From: Camelus ferus
Taxonomy: Eukaryota
Direction of reading: 5' to 3'
DNA length: 64,000 nt
Assembly: GCF_009834535.1 (NCBI RefSeq)
Contig: NC_045698.1
Coordinates: 11,844,001-11,908,000, forward strand
In this document: piece by piece, positions 1 to 12,023 of the stretch
Layout of the letters: every line of letters begins with the position of its first letter
Numbering within the stretch: position 1 is the stretch's first letter
Notes under the pieces: model-generated
What the model saw: only the letters and a program-made list of their open reading frames with translations
Told to the model about the DNA's origin: nothing
Database searches by the model: none
Made by a program: the position numbers and the translations under genes

Positions 1-381
1 AGCCCAGGCCTGTGTCCTGCCTTATGGTTGTTCCTCTTTAGGACAAATGATGCAATAGACAAAGACAAAAAGAGTGAACATCTCTTGGAGGAAAGAATCA
101 ATAAAAACAGAGAGCACTCATCTACAAACACCGGAGTTGCTATGTTGCAAGAAACTAGCTCCACAAATATTTTCTCCTGCTCATCTAAATTTAGAGAAAG
201 AGAAAAAAGAACTCTAAGCCACTTTCCCTTCCACCAAAACTTGCAGGCAGAGATCTTGAAGGCTGATGTGGTACAAATCTTACCTTCTGTTGGTCTTTGT
301 CAGACGTCCCAGGATCTCTCAGCCACAGCAGCCTGGGTGTGGAAGGTGGGGTCCAGACAGCCTCCCAGCGGCCTCATTAAC

Positions 382-716
382 TGCCAGGGAGGGGGGAACT
401 TCCCCCATATTCTGTTGAGTTGTTGTGGCTGGACTAACAATAAAATTGACCCAAGACAGATTAACAGGAGAAAAAGAAAGAAATTTTAATTTGTGTGCGT
501 GGAGGTCTCATAGAAACAGGGCCTAAGAAGTGGCCAAAGCAGGAAAGTTTTTATACTTTTAGGCAAAGAAACAATAAATTCATGAGAAATCGACAGGAAA
601 AAGAAACTTGGGTTTTGGATGCTTAATTAGAGAAGAATCTCAACTATTTGGGCTTCTTGGCCCTGAATTCCCTATCTCTGTCAGTAAGGTTGTCCTACTT
701 CCAGACGCAGGGAGTC
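382..716 (-). mobile_element. ERV1-class solo LTR fragment (MER41/LTR39-like)
   Basis: Contains 'aaaattgacccaagacagattaacaggagaaaaag...ttttaatt' and 'tatactttt', which I recall as typical of MER41-like LTRs read in reverse. The subfamily is not verified. Confidence 0.5.
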
Positions 717-1526
717 AAATCAAGCAGGCCCCAGCCAGGTCCAGTGGGGATTTTTGAGAGTCTGCATAAATTTGGGCGTCTACGACTCGTCTCTTCTGTC
801 AATGTACTGACACGTCAGGGTCACTCTAGACCCACTTTGCCTGCCCAGGGCCCTGAAAATGGTCTTCAAACCCAGGTGCAGAGCTGCCACTATGACCCCA
901 CTCAGCATGCCCTTGCCACTCAGGAAGATGAACGGGAAGGACTGTGGGGACACTGGAGGCAGGCCGAGGCCACCTGGGTGGGGCATTGCAGGGTCCCAGG
1001 GCCCAGATGGAGGTTCCACGTGGGTATGTCCTCCGGCTACTGCAGATTTGCCCCAGGGAGGGGTGCACACTGTCAAAGATCAGAGTGGAAGAGCTCACAC
1101 AGGGGAGCAGGGTCCAGGTATGATCTCTGATACTGAGACAGGGTCCAGCTAGGGTGATAGCAGGGTAATTCTGCTCCTCCCATACTAAGCACACCTGAGG
1201 TTCTAATCCTGGTTCCCCGGCCCCTCCAACTCTTCCATAGGATTCCTCCTTGCTTCCTCCCCTGCTTTCACCCCCCTCCTTGGTTTTCGTATTTCCTAAT
1301 TCCCTCCTTTTATCTTAACATTTGGTTCCCTTCCTTCTTGACTTTTCTCCCTCAGTCCCAACTCTGCTTAGATGGCCAGCAGCACCCCTGGCCCTGTCTG
1401 GCCCTGCAGTGGTATGCAAAGTTAGAATTTCCAATCCTTATAGTACCTCACAGATGAATTTACAGTACTTAAGTTACCATTTAAGGGAATTTTTACACAA
1501 CAAAGACCTCCAAGCCGCAGCCTAGT

Positions 1527-2229
1527 CATGTTTGTTGATTCGTTCTTCTTACAAACCTTTATTAAGTGTCTATAAAATACCAGCTTTTTGACGCACAGCA
1601 GTAAAAATGCGCCCTCTCTGCTCTTTGCTTTCTAGTGTAGGAGATGGCAAATAAACCAGCTAATCTGGGTCAGAAGGATCAGTACTTGAAAGCAGTGTCA
1701 GCAGGAGCTGTGAGGGAACAGACTAGCATCGTAGAAAACATGGCCCTGAACGGAGTGTTGAAAGGTGAGTAGGTGCTGTCTGGCTGAAGAGGAGAGAAAG
1801 GACACTCAGAAGTGATGATGTGGAAAAACTCAAGAGGTCAATCTTTCCACATGGATTGAAAAGTGAATGTGGGGCAGTAGAGGGAATGAGGGTCCAGAAA
1901 TAAAGAAGAATTGAATCAAAGATAGCCGTGCACACATACTTGAGTTCAAGTTTTCCTAAAAGTGACATGAAATGGCCACTAAAGGATTTTAAAATGACAG
2001 CATGAGAGTTCCAGCACAGTGAATTGAAGGGACCACATTATAGGTATGGAGGTCCCTTGGGAAACTACTACAGAACTCCAAGCAAGAGGGAGGAGGGGCT
2101 GGATGGAAGAGGCAGATTTGGGAGACAGAAGGAAGAGGGGATGTATAGGGCTTCGTACCTGATTAGACTGTAGGATGAGGAGGTCAACGAGCTACAGAAA
2201 TCTGGGAAAGGTGTTTAGTTTCTAACTTA
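1527..2229 (-). mobile_element. L2 LINE fragment (continues after the MLT2 insertion to about 3240)
   Basis: Begins with a reversed L2 3' end ('attcgttcttcttacaaacctttattaagtgtcta') followed by the purine-rich antisense L2 body. Confidence 0.6.
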
Positions 2230-2234
2230 GGCAA

Positions 2235-2896
2235 TACATTAGGTACTGTTCTCCGAGAAATAAAACCAATAGCAGAGAAAGAGAAAGACTGAATGATTGA
2301 TTGATTGATTGATTGATTTTAAGGAATTATCTCATGTGATTATGAGGGTCTGGCATGTCTAGAACTTGCAGGCTGAAACTAGTAAGAATTGATGTTGTAG
2401 TCTTGAGTCAGAGATCCATGGGGTAAACGAGAAGGCTGGAAATTCACACAGACTTTCCATGTTACACTTTTGAGGCAGAATTCCTTCTTGTCTAGGAAAT
2501 ATCAATTTTTACTCTTTTTTTTTAACTGAAGTATAGTCGGTTTACAATGTGTTAATTTCTGGTGTACAGCATCGTAATTTGTTTATATATGTATATTCCT
2601 TTTCATATTCTTTTTCATTATAGGCTATACAAGATATTGAATATAGTTCCCTGTGCTGTACAGTAGGCCCTTGTTGTTTATCTATTTTATATATAGTAGT
2701 GTGTATCTGCAGATCTTCAACTGATTGGATGAGGCCCACCTGCATTATAAAAGATGATCTGTTTTACTTAAAGTCAAGTGATTATAAATGTCAATCACAT
2801 CTACAAAATACCTTCCAGCAACATCATGACTAGTGTTTGACCAAACAACTGGGCACAATAGCACAGCTAAATTGACATGTAAAATTAACCATCACA
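2235..2896 (-). mobile_element. MLT2 (ERVL) solo LTR, interrupted by an L1 3' fragment
   Basis: Ends in 'aaaattaaccatcaca', the reverse of the MLT2 start. Carries 'gattggatgaggcccac'. Perfect 5-bp TSD GGCAA at 2230-2234 and 2897-2901. Internal (TGAT)n at about 2295-2318. Confidence 0.85.
2515..2710 (-). mobile_element. L1 3' end (cetartiodactyl-type), nested in MLT2
   Basis: Poly-T followed by 'aactgaagtatagtcggtttacaatgtg...atatagttccctgtgctgtacagtagg', which is homologous to the other L1 3' ends in this window (28.7, 55.4, 63.7 kb). Confidence 0.85.
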
Positions 2897-3429
2897 GGCA
2901 ACAAGTGTGATGGTAGCACTGATCATTAAGTTCACTAATACAGGGAGGAAAATATTAAAGTAGAAAAATGAGTTTGGTTTCAGACATGTAGGGTTGGAAA
3001 TGCCTGTGGAACCGCCAAACCAGCTCTGAAACTAACCACAGAAATGTGGTTGGATTGTGCCAGTAAGAAGGGAAAGCTTTTCAAATGAAGATGACTTGGC
3101 AATTTCAAACACTAGAGAGAAAGACAAGGACATCATCAAACTTACTGATCTGGAGATCAATCAGAAGACCAGGGAGAATGCCGAAATGGAAGCTAAATAG
3201 TTGAAATAGATGAAAGAGGAAATAGTTGAATATGAACTACTCTTTAAGAAATCTTCCCTGACAGCCCACTGATTTCCAGGAATGTTGGATCTAGCAAAAT
3301 AATGTTCAAACAACAATAATTTAGACACCTCTTTGGAGAGTCATTAACTGGAATCCAAGACGTACTCAGAGGAAGGGGCTGAACTAGGGAGGGGTCATTG
3401 TACTCCCCAACTACCTTATCCTGTGTGCC

Positions 3430-3590
3430 CTCTGGCAAACTCCTTAACCATTCTGATCCTTAGTCCCCTTTCCTACAAAACTGGAATAATTATACTTGGC
3501 TTAAAGAAATAGCTTGAGAATTAAACCATATTTATGTATGTAAAAGCAACAGTAAATTAAAAACAAAGATGCAGTACTTAGCAGCTATTA
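3430..3590 (+). mobile_element. MIR SINE
   Basis: Degenerate MIR core 'ggcaaactccttaaccattctgatccttagtcccctttcctacaaaactggaataat'. Confidence 0.6.
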
Positions 3591-4349
3591 TAATGTGTTA
3601 TTCCCATTAAGCATTTACCCAATAATAAAAGGACATTAACATCTAAGAATTTGGTCAACCTTTATTTAAAGCCTATTTTATACTCTTTCAGAGAAAACCA
3701 TTTAGATTTATCTCCTAATTTTATAGATCACAGATCTTAGGAAACTGAACCTCAGAAAACATTTTAAACATTTAACTATTACTTGAATTTTTGATGCATT
3801 AAAAACCATGTGGTTAGCCTTTCCTCTTTTTATATTGATGAACTCAGAGCTATGGTAGAAAAATCTCAACATGAAGCGGTACTGGTGTTCTTAGCTAATT
3901 AGAGTCAGCAGTCTTTTAGATAATTTGGGCTTTTTGTTATCTAGGCAAAAATGCAGCTAAGTTTTCATTAGGCAGAGTTAAAGTCAATCCATTTTTAAAA
4001 TAATTGTCATCAATTATTTTCTTCCCACTGAAGCAAGTTACTGTAACTTCATTACAAAGGAAGAAAGTGTTTTAAAAAGTGGGTGACTGATAAGCATGGC
4101 TTCCTGCTCTCTGAAGATAAACCACTGATGAGTCACAAGGTTAGAACAGAGGAATGGTGGGCTGTTTCCTTGCTGTGTCCATGTTTACAATAGGATGGCA
4201 TCTGTATGTTGATTCCTAATGTGAATAATGCACTTGTATAGCACTTAACAAAGCTCTCAGCTTCTTCCGTGTTGTCATACCAGTCCTATTATGTAGGTGA
4301 GATTCATTCATAAATATTTATTGACCTATTAGATTTACCAGATTTTCTG

Positions 4350-5220
4350 ATCTATTAGGATGTCCAAAATCCAGAACACTGACAATACCCAATGCTAGCA
4401 AGAATGTAGAGGAACTAAAACTCTCATTCCTTGCTGGTGGGAATGCAAAATGGAACAGCCACTTTGGAAGATGGTCTGGTGGTTTCTTGAAAAACAAACA
4501 TACTCTTACCATAGATCCAGTAATCGTGTTCATTGTATTTACCCTAAGGAGCTGAAAACTTATACACACGTACACAAAAAACATGAATGTTTTTTGCAGC
4601 TTTATTTATAACTGTCAAAACTTGGAAGCAACCAAGATGTCTTTTAAAAGGTGAATGGATAAATAAACTGTGGTACATCGAGACAGTGGAATATTATTCT
4701 GCGCTAAGAAGAAATCAGCTATCAAGCCATGAAAAGATAAGGAGGAAACTTAAATGCGTATTACTGAGTGAAAGAGCCAGTCTGAAAAAGCTTCATAGTG
4801 TATGATTTCAATCCTATGAAGTTCTGGAAAAGGCAAAACTATGGAGACAGTAAAAAGATCAGTGGTTGCCAAGGGTTGACTGGTGGGTGGGGGTGGGTGG
4901 GGGTGTTTGGGGAAGAACGAATAAGGGTTTTTAGGGCAGTAAAAACACTCTGTTACTATAATGATGGATATGTCATTAGACTTTTATCCAAACCCACAGA
5001 AAATACAATATCAAAAGTAAATCCTAATACAAACTCTGGACTATGGGTGATTATGATGTATCAGTGTAGGTTCAGCAGCTGTAATAACTGTCCCACTCTG
5101 CTGGGGGGTGTTGATAATGGGGCAGGCTAAACAAGGGTGGGGACAGAGGTTATATGGGAAACCTCTGTACTTTCCTGTTAATTTTGCTGAACTGAAAACT
5201 GCTCTTTTAAAAATAGTCTT
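4350..5220 (+). mobile_element. Old L1 (L1MC/MD-like) ORF2 C-terminus and 3' UTR
   Basis: ORF 4587-4805 'FAALFITVKTWKQPRC...EWINKLWYI..EYYSAL' matches the L1 ORF2 C-terminal region. Paralogous to 27465-28480. Confidence 0.85.
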
Positions 5221-5221
5221 T

Positions 5222-5483
5222 AAACATAGAATACAAACTTGTGGTTTCCAAGGAGGTGGAGGGTGGGAAGGGATAGACGGGATTTCAAAATTGTAGAACA
5301 GATAAATGAGATTATACTGTATAGCACAGGGAAATATATACAAGATCTTATTGTAGCTCACAGAGAAAAAAGTGTGACAATGAATATATATATCTTCATG
5401 AATAACTGAAAAATTGTGCTCTACACTGGAATTTGACACAACATTGTAAAATGATTATAAATCAATAAAAAATGTTTAAAAAA
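5222..5483 (+). mobile_element. Young 5'-truncated L1 3' UTR (camelid-type)
   Basis: Highly similar to 53917-54190 ('catagaatacaaacttgtggtt...tttgacacaacattgtaaaatga'). AATAAA and an A-rich tail are present. Confidence 0.85.
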
Positions 5484-5504
5484 CAATCTTTAAAAAAAGA
5501 AACC

Positions 5505-6260
5505 ATTTCATATGTATATACAGCACTTACTATGTGCCACGTATTGTCACAGGTGCTGGGAAAAAACTCCCTGCTCCCATGGAGTTTCTATGGAACAAGG
5601 ATGTATTCAGTGCCTTTGGGAAGCTTCATTCTCTGCTAGACTCCAGAGGTCCCATAATGAGAAGGTGTTTGAGGTCCCTAATCTCACAGAGCTTGCAGTC
5701 CAGTTGGGGAAATAAACGAACCCACAGGAATAATCTGCTACCCCAGGGAGGTAAGAAAGGGGATGCTAAAGCTGGAATGAGAGGCATGTGATGTGAGCAG
5801 GAAGTGATGTTTGAGCTAAGTTCTAAAAGATCAGAATATGAGTAGAATTCAGCCAAGAAAGAAGAAACAGAAGTGAGAATACTATGTGGGAAAGAAAGCA
5901 TCAACCAGTCAGGAAAGCCATTCATGAATGTAAAGCTTAAGGTGTGCAGTGGTGTGTGGAAGGCAGACAGAAATAAACCTGCAGGAACAAAGCTTGAACT
6001 GGGCAGTTCTTTTTGGGCAAAGCCTCCAAGTTGAGAGACATTAAGGCCAATTCAATTTGTTTTTCCTTAGGTTACCAGTGTAAAAAAAAATAAAGAAATA
6101 TCAAAAAGGGTTATAAAAATTAGGTATTTTAAATGTTTTCTCTTAAATAATGCTTCAACACAAATATATAAACATCAGTGACTATGTAAGTAATCTCATT
6201 TGAAGATAAAGGAAGAAATATAAATTTGTCACCTTCCATTAGTGGAAGGTTACCTCTCCT

Positions 6261-6298
<38 letters not shown>

Positions 6299-6650
6299 AC
6301 AGTGCCCAAGGCCCACAGAACACTTACTTAAGAAGTCTTCCTCATAAGGAATGATAAGAATTGGGAATTTTATCATAAGAGCAATGGGAATCCCTGGAAA
6401 AGAGCTGAAGCAGAGGAGTGACATAATCTCATTTGCAATGTTATCAATTTTGGGTAATAGATTAAGGGGAGGCAGCATTGGAGACAGGGGACAGTTGTGA
6501 GCTCAGTGATCCACATGAAGGGGGGGGTGGTCTGGACCAGCACAGTCGTTCTGGTATAAGGTTTGAATCAGAGAAATATTTAGATGGCTAGAATCAGCAG
6601 GACTTCCTGTCCGACTGAATAAGGGACATGAGGGAGACAGAGGAAATGGT
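5505..6650 (-). mobile_element. L2 fragments (5505-5960 and about 6310-6650)
   Basis: 'cagcacttactatgtgcca' reversed 3' end, plus 'gcagaggagtgacataatctcatttgc' from the antisense L2 body. Confidence 0.55.
6263..6301. repeat. (CA)n microsatellite
   Basis: Seen directly in the sequence, with one interruption. Confidence 0.95.
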
Positions 6651-6685
6651 TTTCCAATCAAAATATTCAAGTTACTTTCAGCTTA

Positions 6686-7058
6686 TGTTAGGGACTAAGT
6701 GTTTATGTCTTCCTAAAACCCATAAGTTGAAACCCTTACCCCCAGTGTAATGTTATTTGGAGGTGGGGACTTAGGGCGGCAACTAGGTTTAGATAAAGTC
6801 GTAAGGATGGGGCTCCGGTGCTAGGATTCGTGTCCTTATAAGAAGAGAAAGACCAGAGCACTTCCTCTCTCCACCATGTGAAGACACAGCAAGAAGACAG
6901 CCAACTGCAAACTAGGAAGAGATCCTCTCTAGGAACCGAATCTACAGGTCCAACCTTGATCTTGGACTCCCCAGTTCCAAAAATGTGAAAAATATATGTG
7001 TGTTGTTTAAGTCACCCATTCTGTGGTATTTTGCTATATGAGCCCAAGTAGACTAACA
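6686..7058 (+). mobile_element. MaLR solo LTR (MLT1A-like)
   Basis: TG...CA termini. 'gttgaaacccttacccccagtgtaatgttatttggaggtgggg' and 'ccttgatcttggactccccag' motifs. Near-TSD gctta/gttta. Confidence 0.85.
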
Positions 7059-7675
7059 GTTTAAAATAAAACATCTATTTCCATAGCATTTTCACTTCCT
7101 TGAATGATTTTTTAAATCCATATAACCTTCACTGGTTTTAAATTATTAATAATATAGTGTAATTGAGAGCTTCATTTTCAAAAGACTTTGCAGGAATATG
7201 TTGACCACAAAGAACTTTTTTTTTTAATAATGCCTTCATGTGTCCCCTTCCACTCTGTAACATTTCTAGGAGGCTCACCCTTTTGAGTAGTGATCTGACA
7301 TTTGTGATCTAATTCTACAATGTATTCCCTCCCACGTGTGAATAAACATAGATTCTGATGTGGTTCAAGCATGCCCTTACTATTAAGAAGAAGTTATTGA
7401 AAGCAATTGTCACAGTTGAATGACACATTTATAAACGCCATTCAAAAATAAATACCTAGTATTCTAGAAAGACTAAATTTTATTTCAAGATTCACTAATG
7501 TTTCTATCTTTATTAAATTTAAGAAATAAATTTCACAGACAAACATTTTGCAGTATATGCCTCTAGAGAAAGGCCACACTCTTCCATGGAGATATGTCAA
7601 GGCTAATGGATATATTCAAAGGTTAAATTACAGGACCCTAGACCAGGCTTGATTCATGCTGTTTTATAATTGCAT

Positions 7676-7936
7676 GCCCATGTCTACGCTAGTTGATTAG
7701 CACACCATACTAATGAGGCCAGTGGCAAAAGTTCAAATCCCCAGGCAGGCAATTTGTTTTTCTCTGCTTGTGGTGCTGGCTATAACACCCACCCCAAGTC
7801 AGGCATCAGAAATGTGTGTCAGTCATTGCATCGTCAAGAGGAAGTGCCAATGGCTTAATGACAATCTGTCCTTCCCATTAGAAAAACATGTCAAAGCACA
7901 TGTGCAGCTGATGGAGGGAGAGTAGTGTCACCTTCA
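7676..7936 (+). mobile_element. MamSINE1-like ancient tRNA-derived SINE
   Basis: tRNA-like head 'gctagttgattagcacaccatactaatgaggcc...gttcaaatcccc' and tail 'gaaaaacatgtcaaagcacatgtg..ctgatggagggagagtagtgtcaccttca' match the recalled MamSINE1 consensus. Confidence 0.7.
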
Positions 7937-8699
7937 AAGACAATGAGTGGAACATTTCTCATATTAATACAACAAACAAAATTCCTGCCAGAAGCAAGTC
8001 ATAAATGTCACTAAGAATGATGATCTTAAATTAGATTCCACATGAATAATTTCTTCATTTTTCATCTTTGACCAAACAGCACTCAATTTGCCATTAAGTA
8101 AAAACTATGTGAAGCACACATTTACCTGCTTCCTTCCTGTCTCCCAAAATTGTTATGAGAATGAATCAGATAGTATCTTGGAGGCATTTTTAAAATAATA
8201 AAATATTCATATAAATTGTTCCCTTCTGACTCAGTGGGGGAGCAGATATATTGAGTTTTCACAAGATGAAAGCAACGGGTGATATGGCATTCAGCCTCGA
8301 ACAACAGTCAGTTCAGAAAAGGAAAACAGCATTTCGAAGACTGCTATTTGAGTAGAACAGCCGAGTGAGTTAATGATCAATTGGTAACATGACATAGAGC
8401 CATGAATCCTTCTGACACAATCATTCTTCAGTGTTCAGTTCAGCAATATTCATTGTTGAAGAGAATTCAGAAGAATCCAGGCTTTCCCAACAATAGGTCT
8501 CACTGGAACACAGTCCCACCTGTGACGTGGGGGCTCTCCTTGGCATGAAGACCTGCAAGAGATGCTTGGGGGGCTGACTACCTGAATATAAGCACAGGTC
8601 CTTAAATAAAGGAAGAGAAAAAGGGGGAATGGGGAATTACACAGGTGCAGGGTCTGGCCTTTAGATTTGTAGTTAGCTGAACCCAGAATCCACAATTCT

Positions 8700-9605
8700 A
8701 GAAGTCACCCTTGTGTTGTCTTTCTCATGCATATGTGATTATTGACTTAAATTGTTCTTCTCATTCATATCTAGTCATTCTATGTCCTAAATGCGACTCC
8801 ATCTCTTCCATTCCATCCCCTCCGCCACCACTCTGGTTCTGATCACCACCAACCTCTACCTGGTTTATGTCAATTGTCTTCTCGCTCCTTTAGTCGACTT
8901 TTGTTTCCTTCCACTCTCTTGGCCATATTGCTGCAAGAGTGATCCTTACAATAAATGCAAATATAGCCTTAAAACACTCAGTAGGCTCTCTACTGCCCTT
9001 CAAATATAGGACAGTCTCCTTAAAATGGTTTGCAAAGCCCTCAACAATGGAACCTCATTTTAAACCTCTTCCCATCACACATTCTCTGCTCCAGTCGTAC
9101 CAAGCTGGCTCCAGTTTCCTAATGTGATGTTCCTTCCCTCAAGTCCAAAACTCACCAGTGTTTTTCCCTTTGAGGAAGCATTCTCTCTCCCAATCCCCAG
9201 TTCACTCAATTCCTACTCACCCTTTAGACATCAGCTTAAATATCTCTCTCTACCTTTCTTGGGGAGCTTCCCTTGACTCCACAACTTGGTTCTAACCCCT
9301 TGTTTTCTACTCACTTAATACCTTATACCTCCTGATACCCTTGTAATGGATATTCATCATACTAATTGTAGCAATCAATTTAATTTTTTTTTTCTTTCCT
9401 GTAAGCTACAAGTTCAGGGAGATAAGGATAAGGTCTACCTTGCCCACCTGTGTCTGTAATGAGACCAAAAGCTCCATAAGTGTAGGAATTTCTTTTGTTT
9501 CAACTGTATCTGTATCGCCTAGAGCAGTTCTGATAATAGCATACATGAAATAAATTTTTGTTGAATAAATAAATGAAGAGTAGGCACTCAATACATATTT
9601 GTTAA
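8700..9605 (+). mobile_element. L2 LINE 3' portion
   Basis: Pyrimidine-rich L2 body ending in 'taaatttttgttgaataaataaatgaa' and 'taggcactcaatacatatttgtt'. Confidence 0.75.
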
Positions 9606-9611
9606 AAAGAA

Positions 9612-9762
9612 TCCATGGTCCTTCTGCTGTGTAAGGACACCGCGAGAAGGCACTTGATAAGAACTCGAAGGGGGCCTTTACCAGAATGGAACCATGCTGG
9701 TGCCTTGTTCTTGGACTTCCCAGCTTCCAGACTCTGAGCAATAAATTTCTGTTGTTTATAAG
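9612..9762 (+). mobile_element. MLT1A-like LTR fragment
   Basis: 'ccatgctggtgccttgttcttggacttcccagcttccagactctgagcaataaatttctgttgtttataag'. Confidence 0.75.
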
Positions 9763-10899
9763 ATTTTTTTAAAAAACAGAAAAACAATCCATGAAGGAAA
9801 CTCAAGTCCACACAGAGTTTTGTTTTGTTTTGTTTTGTTTTTTTAAAAAGGACCTCAAAGCAATCAAACCCTTAGGAAATATTTAAAAATCAGAATGGTG
9901 ATTTATTTATTATTTAAGTCAGGAAGGATCTACGTCTGTTCTCTGCTCAGAGTACTTCCTCCTAGTAAGCAAGTATGCTCAGAGATCAAGAGATGATTTC
10001 ATGATGATAGAATTAATTTTAAGTGTTAAGTGTCCTAGGGACAGTGGATACATTGTATTCCTTCTTTGGACATATTTCTAACTGATGGAGGCGATGGCTG
10101 TGGGGCTGTAGGAGCTAGATCTGATCCAGATATATCCAAAGAGGTCAATACTGTTGTTCAGTATTGTTCAATATTGCTCCTCAATCCTTTGTTTATGGTC
10201 AGTGCATGAGCAACAATTTCCTCTTCTGTAAAACAGTGGGTTAAGCTATAGGCTCTCTAAAGTCTCTTTCAGACTTAGCATTCTTTCAAAATCATAGAAA
10301 CTCAAAGCAAATAAAATCATGAGTTTTGCCACTAAAGAATCCATTGATACATTTCTGTGCATAATCAGAACTGAAAGTCCTAGAACCAGGAGCTTCATGA
10401 TTAAAGTTCTTCCTGTGTTTTCCTTATTATACTCTGGGAAGGTCACTGAGGGTATCTTAATTGGCCTAATTAGGAGTTAGAAGATCATTTTCAAAAGACA
10501 AAATACATAACCCCAACTTTCGGATTTGTGCATAGATTGTAATACTTCCTTTTTTCCAGAAAATTTGAAGGAAAAAAACCTCCCACTTTCCCCTAATTGC
10601 TTACAGCGTCAGCCTTTTTTGTCTCCTTGAAAACGCAAAGCTGACAGATGACCTGGTCTACAAAAAGAGCTGGCCTCACGTGCTATATAGCAAAGTGAAT
10701 TTTTCACTTCTTAATATAATCAGATATCTAAAATTATAAGGGAAAGTGCTCCCCATTACCACACAGGGAGACCAATTTGGTAATAAATAGAGTTCTCTAT
10801 AACACCAGACTCCTGTAATACATGTCTGACCTTTCTTCCTTCTGCCGCTGCCCTGTCAACACGAACAATGGTCTGGGAATGGAGTCCGACCAAGGACGT

Positions 10900-11405
10900 C
10901 TGCCTGGAGTACTGAAGAAGAAGAACTTGGCTTAAATGAAAGGTAGAGAGATTTCAGTTGGACAGAGGGGAAACTCGATCTTGGCTATGATAAGACCCTG
11001 AAATAAGCCAATCAGAAGTTATGAAGTTTCACAAATGAACTACTTATTTTTTATAACTTAGATGATTGATTTCTTGAATATGTGTAAGTACATGAGACTG
11101 TCCTTTATGATTGGATTACTGCATTCTGTTGACTCTTATTTTGTGGTTGGCTTTATTCCTTTGACATAACTATGTAAGTTTAAAAAGCTAAAGCTCTAAT
11201 TTGTTCTTAGAAACAATGATCAGTACATATATGTAAACTAAAAAAAGTATGGTATATTGTATATATGTAGTTACATACAATAGAATGTTTATGGGCAGTT
11301 GAACTGTAATAATTCTACCTAATAAAACTGGAAAAGTAAAAAAAAAAAAAAAAGAAGTTACTGAAGTTTCTATCCTTGAGGAATTTTCTATAAAAGCTAA
11401 AAATT
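10900..11405 (+). mobile_element. L3/CR1 3' fragment split by a polyadenylated insertion
   Basis: 'gagagatttcagttggacagaggggaaact...gaagttactgaagtttctatccttgagg' resembles the CR1/L3 3' region. Highly diverged. Confidence 0.45.
11031..11352 (+). pseudogene. Polyadenylated retrotransposed insert (5'-truncated retrocopy of an mRNA 3' UTR, or orphan L1 3' transduction); source unknown
   Basis: TSD agaagttatgaagtttc (11014-11030) / agaagttactgaagtttc (11353-11370). AATAAA at 11321-11326. Poly-A at 11338-11353. The body does not resemble the L1 or SINE tails in the window. Confidence 0.75.
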
Positions 11406-11957
11406 TTTCTGTCTGTGGTCCTTCATTTGTTCATTCATTCATTCTTTCAATAGAAATGATTGATTACCTAATGACCAATTATCTAAATAAGCACAGAGCA
11501 TATTTCTCAGCCAAAAGGCAGGACTCAGGACCATGTGGTCTCTCTAGGTTTGTGATATTTCTCAGATGTGATGATACATGTGTGATTATGCCCACGGAGA
11601 GCACGTGGAGATACCCACAGAGACGTTTTTACAGACGGAGACTAAGCCCGTTGCTGTCAGATATGGCTCTCTGTGATTAAGAAATATTTGAGAAAGGAGG
11701 GTAAATTTGTAAATTACTTCAGATGGGAAAATGGAAAATGAGCTCTCCGTTACCAACGTTATCCCCAAACTGATGACCATCTGTCAGCTAGGCGCTAGAA
11801 GAAAGCCCCATATATTGTTTAAAGAGAAGACCTCTAAAGGGTGTCTTCTATGGAAACAGCATGGTTGGCCAAATTGTGGAATAGCAGTGTTCATTGTTCA
11901 ATGTTCACTGACCCCCTGAGAGACAGAAAGTGAGTCAAGGCCATTGCTATGTGCGTG

Positions 11958-11960
<3 letters not shown>

Positions 11961-12009
<49 letters not shown>

Positions 12010-12023
12010 CTCTCTCTCTCTCT
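11961..12023. repeat. Compound (AC)22 plus (TC)n microsatellite
   Basis: Seen directly in the sequence. Confidence 0.95.

Noticed and set aside
28..1194. Longest ORFs in the track (153 aa, 160 aa and overlapping ORFs)
   Set aside because: No recognisable domain. They overlap on both strands and run into an LTR, and the two longest start at TTG rather than ATG. This is expected by chance in GC-richer DNA.
8330..8480. Possible additional CR1/L3 RT trace
   Set aside because: The similarity is too faint to support without an HMM search.
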